A stretch of 64,000 nt of DNA from Candidatus Norongarragalinales archaeon (GTDB taxonomy: Archaea; Micrarchaeota; Micrarchaeia; Norongarragalinales; Norongarragalinaceae), in the NCBI GenBank assembly GCA_038884755.1, contig JAWABJ010000001.1, positions 153,792 through 217,791 on the forward strand, in the 5' to 3' direction. Positions 9,564-17,551 of this stretch are shown here, piece after piece (position 1 is the first letter of the stretch; each line of letters starts with the position of its first letter). A program made the translations under genes and the position numbers. Below the pieces are notes generated by a model. It was given only the letters and a program-made list of their open reading frames with translations, made no database searches and had not been told where the DNA came from.

Positions 9564-9986
9564 ATGAACCTGTTTTCTTTTTTGGTTGCTTTCGTTTTGC
9601 TTGTTTCCGCTTCGCTGGTTTTCTCTTCGGATGGGGAAACGGGTGAAGCAGGGGTTACCCCTGTTCGGCTTCCGGATTACGTGGTCTGGCCTTTCAGGGC
9701 GGACAAGTTCGGAGACGGCGTAAGGGTTCAAGCCGTTACGCTCAACCACGGGCAAGGAGATGCGAAGCCGCACGAGAGTTCTTTCACGCGCATAATTGCA
9801 AACTCGAACGCAACGGATTTTCCAGTTACGCCTCTCAGGCGCGGGCAGCCTTCTAGTCTCCACGTCGTAGATTTCAAGTGCAAGAAAGGAAACAATGTTT
9901 TCATCACTGCGATAGCCGATTTCTACGGAAGCGTGGAAGAGTCGGACGAAACGAACAACGCCGTTTCCACGAGAGTAGTGTGCTGA
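9564..9986 (+). CDS. small secreted protein with CARDB-like domain
   Basis: 140 aa with a signal peptide MNLFSFLVAFVLLVSASLVFSS. The C-terminal ...GSVEESDETNNAVSTRVVC resembles the E-x-NE-x-NN end of CARDB domains. Confidence 0.5.
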   Translation: MNLFSFLVAFVLLVSASLVFSSDGETGEAGVTPVRLPDYVVWPFRADKFGDGVRVQAVTLNHGQGDAKPHESSFTRIIANSNATDFPVTPLRRGQPSSLHVVDFKCKKGNNVFITAIADFYGSVEESDETNNAVSTRVVC

Positions 9987-10110
9987 GATGCTTTTGCGCA
10001 ACGCGCCCGCGAGAATAGTTTCGTTTAAATACCGCTTGTTTTAATGTTATGAAACAGTTTTTTAGAGAGGAGGGGATGCGTAGATGGCTATGGCGGCGAA
10101 TTGCGTGTGC

Positions 10111-10269
10111 GGAATGCACGCGTGCGGAAAGTGTAGTCCAATGCTTTTGCTGTTCGGGATTTTGTTCCTTATAGCGAGCTTGGGAGTTTACACGGCTTCT
10201 TGGTTCAACGGCTGGACCATTCTCGGCGTGTTCTTCGTCCTTTGGGGCGGCATGTCGATGATGAAGTAA
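10111..10269 (+). CDS. small membrane protein (about 52 aa) with CxxC pairs, hypothetical
   Basis: MHACGKCSPMLLLFGILFLIASLGVYTASWFNGWTILGVFFVLWGGMSMMK. A strong hairpin terminator follows. Confidence 0.3.
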   Translation, partial: GMHACGKCSPMLLLFGILFLIASLGVYTASWFNGWTILGVFFVLWGGMSMMK

Positions 10270-10275
10270 GTTTCA

Positions 10276-10312
10276 ACGAAAAAAAAGGGCTTTTTTTGAA
10301 AAGCCCTTTTTT
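10276..10312 (+). terminator. hairpin plus T-tract terminator-like structure
   Basis: AAAAAAAAGGGCTTTTTTTGAAAAGCCCTTTTTTTTT: a GGGCTTTT/AAAAGCCC stem with T tracts on both strands. Confidence 0.5.
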
Positions 10313-10387
10313 TTTTCCTTCTTTTGTGCATTTGCTTAAGGCGCGGTTTTGTTTCGTTTAGTTTTTCGTTTGGCGGGCGTGATTTGA

Positions 10388-10888
10388 GTGGTTTTTGCAG
10401 AAGCGTGGATTGAAATCGCTTTCGTTTCCCTGTTGTTTTCAATCGCGGCGTTCGCCGCGAACAAGACTCTCGGGCAGAGGGACAAGGTGAAGGAACTGCA
10501 GAAGGAAACACAGGCCTACCAGAAGGAAATGCAAAAGGCGGTTTTGGCCAAGGACGAGAAGAAGATCGAGGAGCTGCAAAAGCGGGAGAAGGAAGTCAAC
10601 GAGAAGATGATGCAGATGCTCATGCTGCCTTGGAAGGCGAGCATCGTCATGCTTCCGATAGCGTGGATTTTGATTTCGTTCGTCCTGCCTTTTTTTTACA
10701 AGGGCTTCGTCATACTCCTTCCTTTCGACATCCACTTGGGCGCCTTGCTTTCCTGGACTTTTTACACCAACGTTTTCCGCACTGCCGCTTACGGCACGAC
10801 CGGGTTTTTCATAGTATGCTCTATAGTGTTCGGGTTGCTTTTGGAAAAGTTCGGAAACATGGCGTGGCCCGCCAAAACTCAGCCTTAG
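10388..10888 (+). CDS. DUF106/EMC3/YidC-Oxa1-like membrane insertase homolog
   Basis: 166 aa. TM1 is followed by a K/E-rich coiled coil (KVKELQKETQAYQKEMQKAVLAKDEKKIEELQKREKEVNEKMMQM) and then two TMs. This architecture is typical of archaeal DUF106 proteins. Confidence 0.6.
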   Translation: MVFAEAWIEIAFVSLLFSIAAFAANKTLGQRDKVKELQKETQAYQKEMQKAVLAKDEKKIEELQKREKEVNEKMMQMLMLPWKASIVMLPIAWILISFVLPFFYKGFVILLPFDIHLGALLSWTFYTNVFRTAAYGTTGFFIVCSIVFGLLLEKFGNMAWPAKTQP

Positions 10889-10946
10889 CAAACCGCTTGC
10901 GACCTCATCTTTTTAAGCGAAAGCGCGGTTATCCTAAGCGGGTGGA

Positions 10947-11606
10947 ATGTTGAAAATACAGGCTGATTTCGCTTTGTTCATGGCATTCCTGGTTTTGGTG
11001 ATTCTGGGAATTTTCCTTCTCCTTCCTTCCGCTTTGGAGCGGCCCAAGCATTTCGCTTGCGTAAACCAGGCTTGCGTAGAGGTTGAAGGCGCAGGGCCTG
11101 ACTATTGTTCGGATTCGCAAGACTGCGCTCCAAAACCCACTGTTTTCGAATCTACAGTCCAGCCTTCGGTTCCGGCTGAATTCGAGGAAACGCCCCTCGC
11201 GAACCTCACGCGCGAGTGCGCTGAAAAGTTTTCCTACGCCTTTTCCAAAAACGACGTTTCGTCGTGCGTCATCGACGGCTGTCCGCTTTCCACCCACTAT
11301 TGCCAGGCTGCAGTGGCGGATTTCGAGTGCGTGGGCGTGGTGCAGGGCTCGGGAAACCAGTCGAAAAGGGACTTGTGCGAATTGAATTTCGCTATAAACA
11401 GCGGCGGCATCGAGCAGTGCGGTTACTTGCCCGAGCCCGCTAAGCAGTATTGCATTGCTTTGAAGGAAAAGAGCGTTGCGAAGTGCTCCGAGATTCCGAA
11501 CAAGTTTTTGAAAGACATTTGCCCCGGAGTGATAGGCGTGTTGACTAAAAACAAGCGGTTGTGCAGCGAAGATTACGCCGAGTGCTTCGCTTTAATAGGC
11601 GGATGA
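10947..11606 (+). CDS. secreted Cys-rich protein (219 aa), hypothetical
   Basis: N-terminal TM/signal FALFMAFLVLVILGIFLLL and about 20 Cys. It contains one copy of the motif CVNQACVEVEGAGPDYCSDSQDC, which is also repeated three times in the 14155 protein. Confidence 0.6.
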   Translation: MLKIQADFALFMAFLVLVILGIFLLLPSALERPKHFACVNQACVEVEGAGPDYCSDSQDCAPKPTVFESTVQPSVPAEFEETPLANLTRECAEKFSYAFSKNDVSSCVIDGCPLSTHYCQAAVADFECVGVVQGSGNQSKRDLCELNFAINSGGIEQCGYLPEPAKQYCIALKEKSVAKCSEIPNKFLKDICPGVIGVLTKNKRLCSEDYAECFALIGG

Positions 11607-11610
11607 AAAA

Positions 11611-13566
11611 ATGGTTTTGCGAGCGCACCAGAAGTTAAGCGTATTGTTTTTTTCCGTTCTAGCAATAGCTTTGCTTTTCACGGCGTTTTCCAACGAAAGT
11701 TCTTCCTACTCGGGACAGTCGCGTTCGCTTTCGTTCGAGAAAGCGAGTGCTTCCCCTGAAGGTTCTGCCAGCCCTTCTCCGAGCGGAGAGGCGAGCCCTA
11801 CTGGTGTTGCTTCGCCTTCCGCATCTGCTTCTCCGACTTGCTCTCCGCCTCCTGGCGGTTGTGGAAGCCGCTGTACGAGTTCTACCGAACGGGTGAGCAG
11901 GGTTTGGGACCAGAACGCTTGCGCTTGCGTTGACGACGGGCCTTTGCCGTCGTGCGCTTGCGGCAATGGGGCGGAGTGCAGCACGTGCTATTGCGAGGAC
12001 GTTACTTACAACGGCGTTCCTGCTGCAGTGTGCCGTTCTACTGGCGGTGATTGCGGAAACCCGTATTGCGCGAGCGGAAGCAGGAGCTGCCAGGACGTTT
12101 GCGGCGCGAACGGTTTTTGCGAGCCGAGGTGCAACAATTGCGCAGGACCAAACGGGTGGAATTGCTACGCGGAATCATGCAATTCTGGCACTGGTCGTTG
12201 CTCGCAGGATTGTTCTTTGACAGACGGCACTACCCCCGGATTATGCGGGACCGCCGGATTTCCCTGTTCTAAAAACAAGCGTTGCCAGAGTTGCGAGTGC
12301 GCTTGGGAGCCTTTGAACTGTTGTCCCGGCAACGCGCCGGCTTGCTTGGAGTGCGTTAATTTCTATCAATTCATACGCCATTACTGCAATCCCGTGACCG
12401 AGTCCTGCAGCCAGGACGGCCCGTATTCCTGCCCGCCGAGTTTTTGCGGTTCAGACCCGTGGTTCGGCTACGGGAACGCTTGCACTTACTGGGACTTTTT
12501 GGGTTGCACGCAAAGGGGTTTGGGCATAGCTTGCCCCTACTTTTCCAACTTGCAGCCCGACCCGCGTTGCGGGTCTCGGTGCGTGGGTGGTTCTCCCACT
12601 CCGACAGCTTCCCCTTCGCCTTCCAACACTCCTTCGCCTTCGGTTTCCCCGCCACCTTGCATTTACAATTGCATAAACGGTTTTTGTTCGAACGACCCGA
12701 ACCGTTCTTGCCAGTATAACGGCGATTTCAGGTGTTGCGTTGAAGTGAGCGCAAGCCCTTCTCCCTACGCTTCCCCTTCGCCTTCCAACACTCCTTCGCC
12801 TTCGGGCAGTCCTTCTCCCAGCGGCAGTCCGTCGCCTTCGCCTTCCAACACTCCTTCGCCTTCGGGCTCCGCCTCCCCGTCTAGCTCTCCTTCTGCAAGT
12901 CCTTCCGTTTCAGGCTCTCCTTCCGGCAGTCCTTCGCCTTCCGCCAGCGTGGGTGGTTCTCCCAGCCCTTCAAACGGAGGAGCCGGTTTTTGCGGCGACA
13001 GGATAATCCAGCCTCCTGAAGAGTGCGATACTGACGACGGCGTGTGCAAAATTCGCGGTCCGACTTACGCTTGCAGCGTGGCTTGCGAGTGTTTTGATGC
13101 GGAAGGGTTTTACGGCGGGATAGTGAAGCTTCCTGACGTGAAAATAGTGAGCGGAACGCAGGTTGAAAGCGCTGAACTCGCAGTGTTATACAACCACGCT
13201 TCAGACGGGTTGGGTGCAAGCGAAGGCGACATAGGCAATTTCTTTTCGATTTTGGTTGACGACAGGAATATAATTACGCAGTGCTTGGAGCAAGAGCCCG
13301 CTTGCCTGCGCTACGGCGGCGAACCAGGGGTTTTCGTTCTCACGCTTTCGCCGCAGTTGCTTGGCTTGCAGTCTCAAGAGCTTCCAGAAGGTTCTTACCG
13401 AATCAAGGCCATAGTGCGCGAAAACGGGGTTTTCTACGAGGCGAACGCGCCCAACGCGCTAATAGTGCAGAGGCAGGAAACCTCGCTGCCCGAAACCGAC
13501 TTTCTCGTCGTGTTGTTTTTCGCCTTGCTCGCGGCGTTCGCAATGCGCACTTCGCGGAAGCGATAG
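11611..13566 (+). CDS. large Cys-rich cell-surface protein with Ser/Pro linkers and an LPETD-TM-basic C-terminal sorting-signal-like tail
   Basis: 651 aa with a signal peptide and more than 60 Cys. S/P/T linkers (SPSPSNTPSPSGSPSPS...). A Myxococcus-type Cys repeat FCGDRIIQPPEECD. The C-terminus is ...RQETSLPETDFLVVLFFALLAAFAMRTSRKR. Confidence 0.7.
   Translation: MVLRAHQKLSVLFFSVLAIALLFTAFSNESSSYSGQSRSLSFEKASASPEGSASPSPSGEASPTGVASPSASASPTCSPPPGGCGSRCTSSTERVSRVWDQNACACVDDGPLPSCACGNGAECSTCYCEDVTYNGVPAAVCRSTGGDCGNPYCASGSRSCQDVCGANGFCEPRCNNCAGPNGWNCYAESCNSGTGRCSQDCSLTDGTTPGLCGTAGFPCSKNKRCQSCECAWEPLNCCPGNAPACLECVNFYQFIRHYCNPVTESCSQDGPYSCPPSFCGSDPWFGYGNACTYWDFLGCTQRGLGIACPYFSNLQPDPRCGSRCVGGSPTPTASPSPSNTPSPSVSPPPCIYNCINGFCSNDPNRSCQYNGDFRCCVEVSASPSPYASPSPSNTPSPSGSPSPSGSPSPSPSNTPSPSGSASPSSSPSASPSVSGSPSGSPSPSASVGGSPSPSNGGAGFCGDRIIQPPEECDTDDGVCKIRGPTYACSVACECFDAEGFYGGIVKLPDVKIVSGTQVESAELAVLYNHASDGLGASEGDIGNFFSILVDDRNIITQCLEQEPACLRYGGEPGVFVLTLSPQLLGLQSQELPEGSYRIKAIVRENGVFYEANAPNALIVQRQETSLPETDFLVVLFFALLAAFAMRTSRKR
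12742..12979 (+). repeat. low-complexity Ser-Pro-encoding repeat tract (linker) inside the 11611 gene
   Basis: Reiterated GCTTCCCCTTCGCCTTCC-like units encode (A/G)SPSPS(N/G)TPSPSGS. A shorter tract lies at 12595-12667. Confidence 0.7.
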
Positions 13567-13615
13567 CGCGCCGTTCAGATGTTTTAAAAAGCACTTTCGT
13601 CTGATTAATTGCGAG

Positions 13616-14170
13616 ATGGGCGCGGAGAAAATAATCCTTGTGGCGGCTTTGCTTTTCGTGGTTATCGCTTTGTTTGTCTGGCAGCCGTTCCGCCCGCCTT
13701 TACCTTCGCCAACGCCTTCGGTTTTGATTCCAACACCGACGGCTTCTATTCCTTCGCCAGTAGACTTGCAGGCTGAATGTAACAAGAAGCTTTCCGACGC
13801 AATACGCTTGTTCAGCCCTGGCGCGTGTGAACAGATTTCCTGCGAAGAGCAGAAGAATTACTGCTTGGGAGTGCTGGGGAAGGACGTGCAGGCTTGCGAA
13901 AAGCTTGAAACGCAAGATTACAAGGACGTTTGCTACGGCAACATGGCTTCGAAATTAAAGGCGAGGGAATTGTGCGACAGGATTGCGAACGGCGACAGGA
14001 AAAACTATTGCTTGTTGGGCTTCGACCCGAAGGAATCTTATTGTGATGCTATGGTTTTGCACTCGTTCAAGGACAATTGCTACCACCGGCTTGCGATAGT
14101 GTTGAAAGACGCTTCTTATTGCGAGAAGATAAGTAGTAATTCCACCAGGGCGCGTTGCGCTGGTCGATGA
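13616..14170 (+). CDS. membrane-anchored/secreted Cys-rich protein (184 aa), hypothetical
   Basis: N-terminal TM IILVAALLFVVIALFVW, then a PSPTPS linker, then repeated (K/R)NYC.../DVCYGN Cys motifs. Confidence 0.55.
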   Translation: MGAEKIILVAALLFVVIALFVWQPFRPPLPSPTPSVLIPTPTASIPSPVDLQAECNKKLSDAIRLFSPGACEQISCEEQKNYCLGVLGKDVQACEKLETQDYKDVCYGNMASKLKARELCDRIANGDRKNYCLLGFDPKESYCDAMVLHSFKDNCYHRLAIVLKDASYCEKISSNSTRARCAGR

Positions 14171-16026
14171 AAATGCGTTTTCTTGCTTTCGCCTTTGTTT
14201 TTGCCTTCGCGCTTTTTGCGCAGCAGGGCTTTTCCCAAGGCGTTCCCATGTGTCCTGGCAATGGAAACAATTTCGAGTGCCCGCCTTGCAACGAGCCTTG
14301 CTCGATTCCCGTCGGTCCGCCGGAGTGCTGCGCTTGGAACCCCAACGCAGGTCCCGAATGCCAAGGCGTTTTGCCCGCGTGCATGGTTTGCGCGGTTGCC
14401 ATTCAAGCCGCTCCTGCTTCCAACCTCAACTTTTGCACTTCCTCCGGCTACGAAGCTAAAGCTTTGGAGGGAGTTGTTCCCGCGCAACGCGCTTTGATTT
14501 CCTTGGCTGAAACTTGCCCTGATACTGTGACGACAGTCCCTTGCAACAACAAGTTTGGAGACTGCTGCTTGTGCGACGGCACGCTCATGACTTATCAAGG
14601 AGATGAGGAAACCCTCCGCTGCCTGCCGGGCACGTGCGAGCCTGGGGTGAGCGAATGCAATTTCGAAAACCAGGGTTTCAGGTGCGAGGCTGACGCCATT
14701 CCCAACGGCTGCACTCCAGACCCGAACGTTTGCGCTTCCCCTTCTCCATCACCTTCGCCCAGCCCCTCTCCAAGCCCTTCCCCCAGCGCTTCGCCCAGCC
14801 CTTCGGCTTCTGCCTCTCCAAGCCCCTCGCACACGATTTGCTCCTTGGGTTCGTGTATTGTCGTTCAAGGTCCTGGTCCGAATTATTGTTTTTCAAACTC
14901 CGATTGCGTTGAGCCGTCGCACACGATTTGCTGGCTAGGGCAATGCATTTCAATCCAAGGCCCAGGCCCGAACTATTGCAGTTCTAACGCGAATTGCGTT
15001 TCGCAATCGCACACCATATGCTCCAACCAGCAGTGCATTTCTGTTGTAGGCCCCGGCTCGAACCAGTGTTCTTCCAACAGCCAGTGCGGTTCGGCTTCGC
15101 CTTCCCCCAGCCCAGGCGGCTCTCCTTCCCCAAGCGGTTCTCCCACTCCCTCGGGCAGTCCTTCTCCTAGCGGCAGTCCCTCGCCTTCCGGTTCTCCTTC
15201 GCCTAGCGGAAGCCCGTCTCCAAGCGGTTCTCCTTCTCCCTCAGGGTCTCCCAGCCCTTCCGGCTCGCCCAGCCCCTCCGGTTCTCCTTCGCCTTCGGGC
15301 AGTCCTTCTCCCAGCGGAACTCCGTCGCCTTCGCCTTCCAATACGCCGTCCCCTTCGGGCTCCGCTTCGCCTTCGGGTTCTCCGAGCGGCAGCCCCAGTT
15401 CTTCCCCGTCTTCTTCACCCAGCTCGTCTCCAAGCGGTTCTCCAGGCGGAGGGTATTGCGGAAACGGGGTGATAGACCCGGGCGAGGTTTGCGACAAGGC
15501 CAACAACGCCGGATGCGCGCAAGGGGAATTCTGCAACTTCGACTGCAGCGCTTGCTTCTCGCCAGGTTCGCCTGAAGGAAGCATACTGCGCATCGAAGGA
15601 AAGCGCGTGATTGGCGGGGAGGAAATCCAGGCTGCGACAGTGCCGATTTTGTACAATACCGCGGCAACCGGGCTTGCCGCCCCTTGCAGCGAGCAGGTCA
15701 AGGGCAGTTTGTTGTTCACGATAGACGACGCGCGTTTGGGAAGCATTCCCGAGGCGTTGTCTTGCGACTCTTCAAAACCCGGGGTTTTCATTCTCACGCT
15801 TTCGCCGCAGTTGCTGGGATTGCAGTCGCAAGAGCTTCCTTCCGGAAGCTACCGCGTGAAAGTAGAGGTTGACGAGGGAGGGACGGTTTACAGCGCGAAC
15901 GACCCGCAGGCTTTGATTGTAGTAAAACAAAAGCAGGCTTTGCCTGAAACGGATTTCCTCGTCGTATTGTTCTTCGGCTTGCTTGCCTTGCTTTTCGTGC
16001 GCAGCGGCACGCGCCGCAACGAGTAA
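14155..16026 (+). CDS. large Cys-rich cell-surface protein, paralog of 11611..13566, with an LPETD-TM-basic C-terminal tail
   Basis: 623 aa with a signal peptide. It has three tandem HTIC-x-LG-x-C-I-x-[VI]-x-GPGPNYC-x-SN-x-x-C modules and long (GSPSPS)n linkers. A YCGNGVIDPGEVCD repeat is present. The C-terminal module is near-identical to the 11611 protein, ending ...KQKQALPETDFLVVLFFGLLALLFVRSGTRRNE. Confidence 0.7.
   Translation: MRWSMKMRFLAFAFVFAFALFAQQGFSQGVPMCPGNGNNFECPPCNEPCSIPVGPPECCAWNPNAGPECQGVLPACMVCAVAIQAAPASNLNFCTSSGYEAKALEGVVPAQRALISLAETCPDTVTTVPCNNKFGDCCLCDGTLMTYQGDEETLRCLPGTCEPGVSECNFENQGFRCEADAIPNGCTPDPNVCASPSPSPSPSPSPSPSPSASPSPSASASPSPSHTICSLGSCIVVQGPGPNYCFSNSDCVEPSHTICWLGQCISIQGPGPNYCSSNANCVSQSHTICSNQQCISVVGPGSNQCSSNSQCGSASPSPSPGGSPSPSGSPTPSGSPSPSGSPSPSGSPSPSGSPSPSGSPSPSGSPSPSGSPSPSGSPSPSGSPSPSGTPSPSPSNTPSPSGSASPSGSPSGSPSSSPSSSPSSSPSGSPGGGYCGNGVIDPGEVCDKANNAGCAQGEFCNFDCSACFSPGSPEGSILRIEGKRVIGGEEIQAATVPILYNTAATGLAAPCSEQVKGSLLFTIDDARLGSIPEALSCDSSKPGVFILTLSPQLLGLQSQELPSGSYRVKVEVDEGGTVYSANDPQALIVVKQKQALPETDFLVVLFFGLLALLFVRSGTRRNE
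15085..15450 (+). repeat. tandem 18-nt repeat array (GGTTCTCCTTCGCCTAGC-like), about 18 units, encoding (GSPSPS)n
   Basis: The period-18 unit is visible directly in the nucleotides at 15120-15310. Each copy differs by synonymous or near-synonymous changes. Confidence 0.8.
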
Positions 16027-16050
16027 AAAACCCGCTTTCGTGCTTTTAGC

Positions 16051-16593
16051 ATGCGAATCGCCATTTCCGGACCCACTGCGTGCGGTAATTCCACCGCTTC
16101 AAGACTCGTAGCCAAGGCGCTGCGCTTGAAAAAGTACAACTACACTTTCCACGACCTCGCGAGGGAATCCAAAATCCCGTTTGAAAAGCTGCATGCGAAG
16201 GCGGAGAAAGACGCGCGGTTAGACGTGCTGTTGGACAGGAAGCAAATTGAATTCGCTTTGAAGGAAAAAAACTGTGTGGTGGGAACGCGTTTGGCGGTTT
16301 TCCTCGATCGGATAGCGCCGCAACTCGGAATGAAAAAACCGGCTTTCGATTTGAAAGTGTGGCTGGACGCACCCGAACCCGTAAGGGCCGGGCGTTTAGC
16401 CAAGCGCGACAAGAAAAGTGCGGACGCTGCGCTGAAGGAAATTCGCTACCGGGATTCTTCCAACAAAAAACGCTACAAAAAACTTTACAACCTGGATTTC
16501 AAAAAACCCGTTCGGTGTTTGCTTGTAGACAATTCAAGTCTCGATGCAAAGCAGACTGCCGCATTGATAATTACAGCTGCGCGAAAAGCATGA
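16051..16593 (+). CDS. cmk: archaeal-type cytidylate kinase homolog with non-canonical P-loop
   Basis: 180 aa MRIAISGPTACGNSTASRL...VWLDAPEPVRAGRLAKRD...IRYRD...RYKKLYNLD is collinear with the archaeal Cmk family. Walker A reads GPTACGNST rather than GPPGSGK(S/T)T. Confidence 0.7.
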   Translation: MRIAISGPTACGNSTASRLVAKALRLKKYNYTFHDLARESKIPFEKLHAKAEKDARLDVLLDRKQIEFALKEKNCVVGTRLAVFLDRIAPQLGMKKPAFDLKVWLDAPEPVRAGRLAKRDKKSADAALKEIRYRDSSNKKRYKKLYNLDFKKPVRCLLVDNSSLDAKQTAALIITAARKA

Positions 16594-16599
16594 ACCTGC

Positions 16600-17544
16600 T
16601 TATTTTTCTGTTTCCCCCACGTCTAGAATGAGTGCCGTGAGCAAAAGCTGCACGCCTACGATTGAAGGCAGTAGGCAAAGCAAAACGCTTCCCACGCTTG
16701 GCGAAAGCGAATGGAATGCTTTTTGCCACAAAATCCACACTCCCGTTGCCAAGCCTATTGAAAACAGTGCTATTCCGAACGAGAAGAACAGGGCGATGGG
16801 GTGGAAGTCGCGCAAGACGTACTTCTCGAAAATCCTTTTGAAAAAGCTTTTGACCAGGAAGAGAGAGGCGGAAGGCACGAAACTGCGGAGTTTTATTCCG
16901 CTTTTTTCGCTTCCGTAGCTTGCCGGAATGGCGACGTCTTTCACCCGCAAGTTGGCTATGTTGAGCTTCACGAGCATGTCGTTTTCGAAGCAGTATCCCT
17001 TGTTCAAAGAATCCAAGTCTATTTCCTTGAGCGCTGAAGAGCGGATTGCCGTGAACCCGTTTTGCGGGTCGAAAATGTGCCAGTATCCGCTAGCCGCTTT
17101 AGTGAGGAAAGTGAGCAGCACGTTTCCCAAAATGCGTATGACCGGCATGCCTTCCAGCGAGCTTTTAGCCAAAAACCTGTTTCCCTTGGCGTAATCGTAC
17201 CCTTCCAGCAAAGCGTCGAGAAGCTTGCGCGCGTGTTCGGGTTGCATTTGCCCGTCCCCCGCCATTACCACCGAAAAATCGGCGCCCAGTTCCAAAGCTT
17301 TCCTGTGCCCCGTGACAATCGCCCCGCCCACTCCCTGGTTTTTCTCGTGCTTTATGACGAAAACCTTTTTGTTCAACTGCTTTCCGGCCGCCTTTCTTGC
17401 CGCATCAAAAGTTCCATCTTTGCTTGCGTCGTCCACCACGACAATCCAATCCACGTATTTAGGAGCGGTTTTCACCACGTTTCCTACGAACCTGCTTTCA
17501 TTAAACGCGGGAATTACTACGCAAACCTTGTTTTTCTTGTACAT
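16600..17544 (-). CDS. GT2-family dolichyl-phosphate sugar synthase (DPM1/AglK-like)
   Basis: 314 aa beginning VCVVIPAFNESRFVGNVVKT...VVVDDASKDGT...NQGVGGA, a GT-A fold with DxD. C-terminal TM helices follow. The start lies 8 nt after the stop of the upstream GT-C-like gene. Confidence 0.85.
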   Translation of the reverse strand: MYKKNKVCVVIPAFNESRFVGNVVKTAPKYVDWIVVVDDASKDGTFDAARKAAGKQLNKKVFVIKHEKNQGVGGAIVTGHRKALELGADFSVVMAGDGQMQPEHARKLLDALLEGYDYAKGNRFLAKSSLEGMPVIRILGNVLLTFLTKAASGYWHIFDPQNGFTAIRSSALKEIDLDSLNKGYCFENDMLVKLNIANLRVKDVAIPASYGSEKSGIKLRSFVPSASLFLVKSFFKRIFEKYVLRDFHPIALFFSFGIALFSIGLATGVWILWQKAFHSLSPSVGSVLLCLLPSIVGVQLLLTALILDVGETEK

Positions 17545-17551
17545 TTTTTTT

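Noticed and set aside
10249-10275. ATGATGA C-box-like sequence near the 10111..10269 ORF end, as a second C/D sRNA
   Set aside because: There are no D or D' (CTGA) boxes at appropriate spacing, and it lies inside a coding region.
12765-13049. Gly/Glu/Pro-rich minus-strand ORFs (also 14973..15797 and 14595..14834) that look like a GEGEPEG repeat protein
   Set aside because: They are reverse-complement read-outs of the Ser/Pro linker tandem repeats of the + strand surface-protein genes, which have signal peptides and coherent domain structure.
12590-15450. Considered whether the short-period direct repeats could be a CRISPR array
   Set aside because: There are no constant-length repeats separated by unique spacers. 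The units are contiguous 18-nt tandem copies, in-frame within ORFs, encoding SPSPSG linkers.
13529-16026. Whether the LPETDF tail is simply the named PEF-CTERM or PGF-CTERM archaeosortase signal
   Set aside because: The motif is P-E-T-D-F rather than PEF or PGF. I kept it as an unclassified sorting-signal-like tail rather than asserting a named class. No archaeosortase gene is visible in the window.
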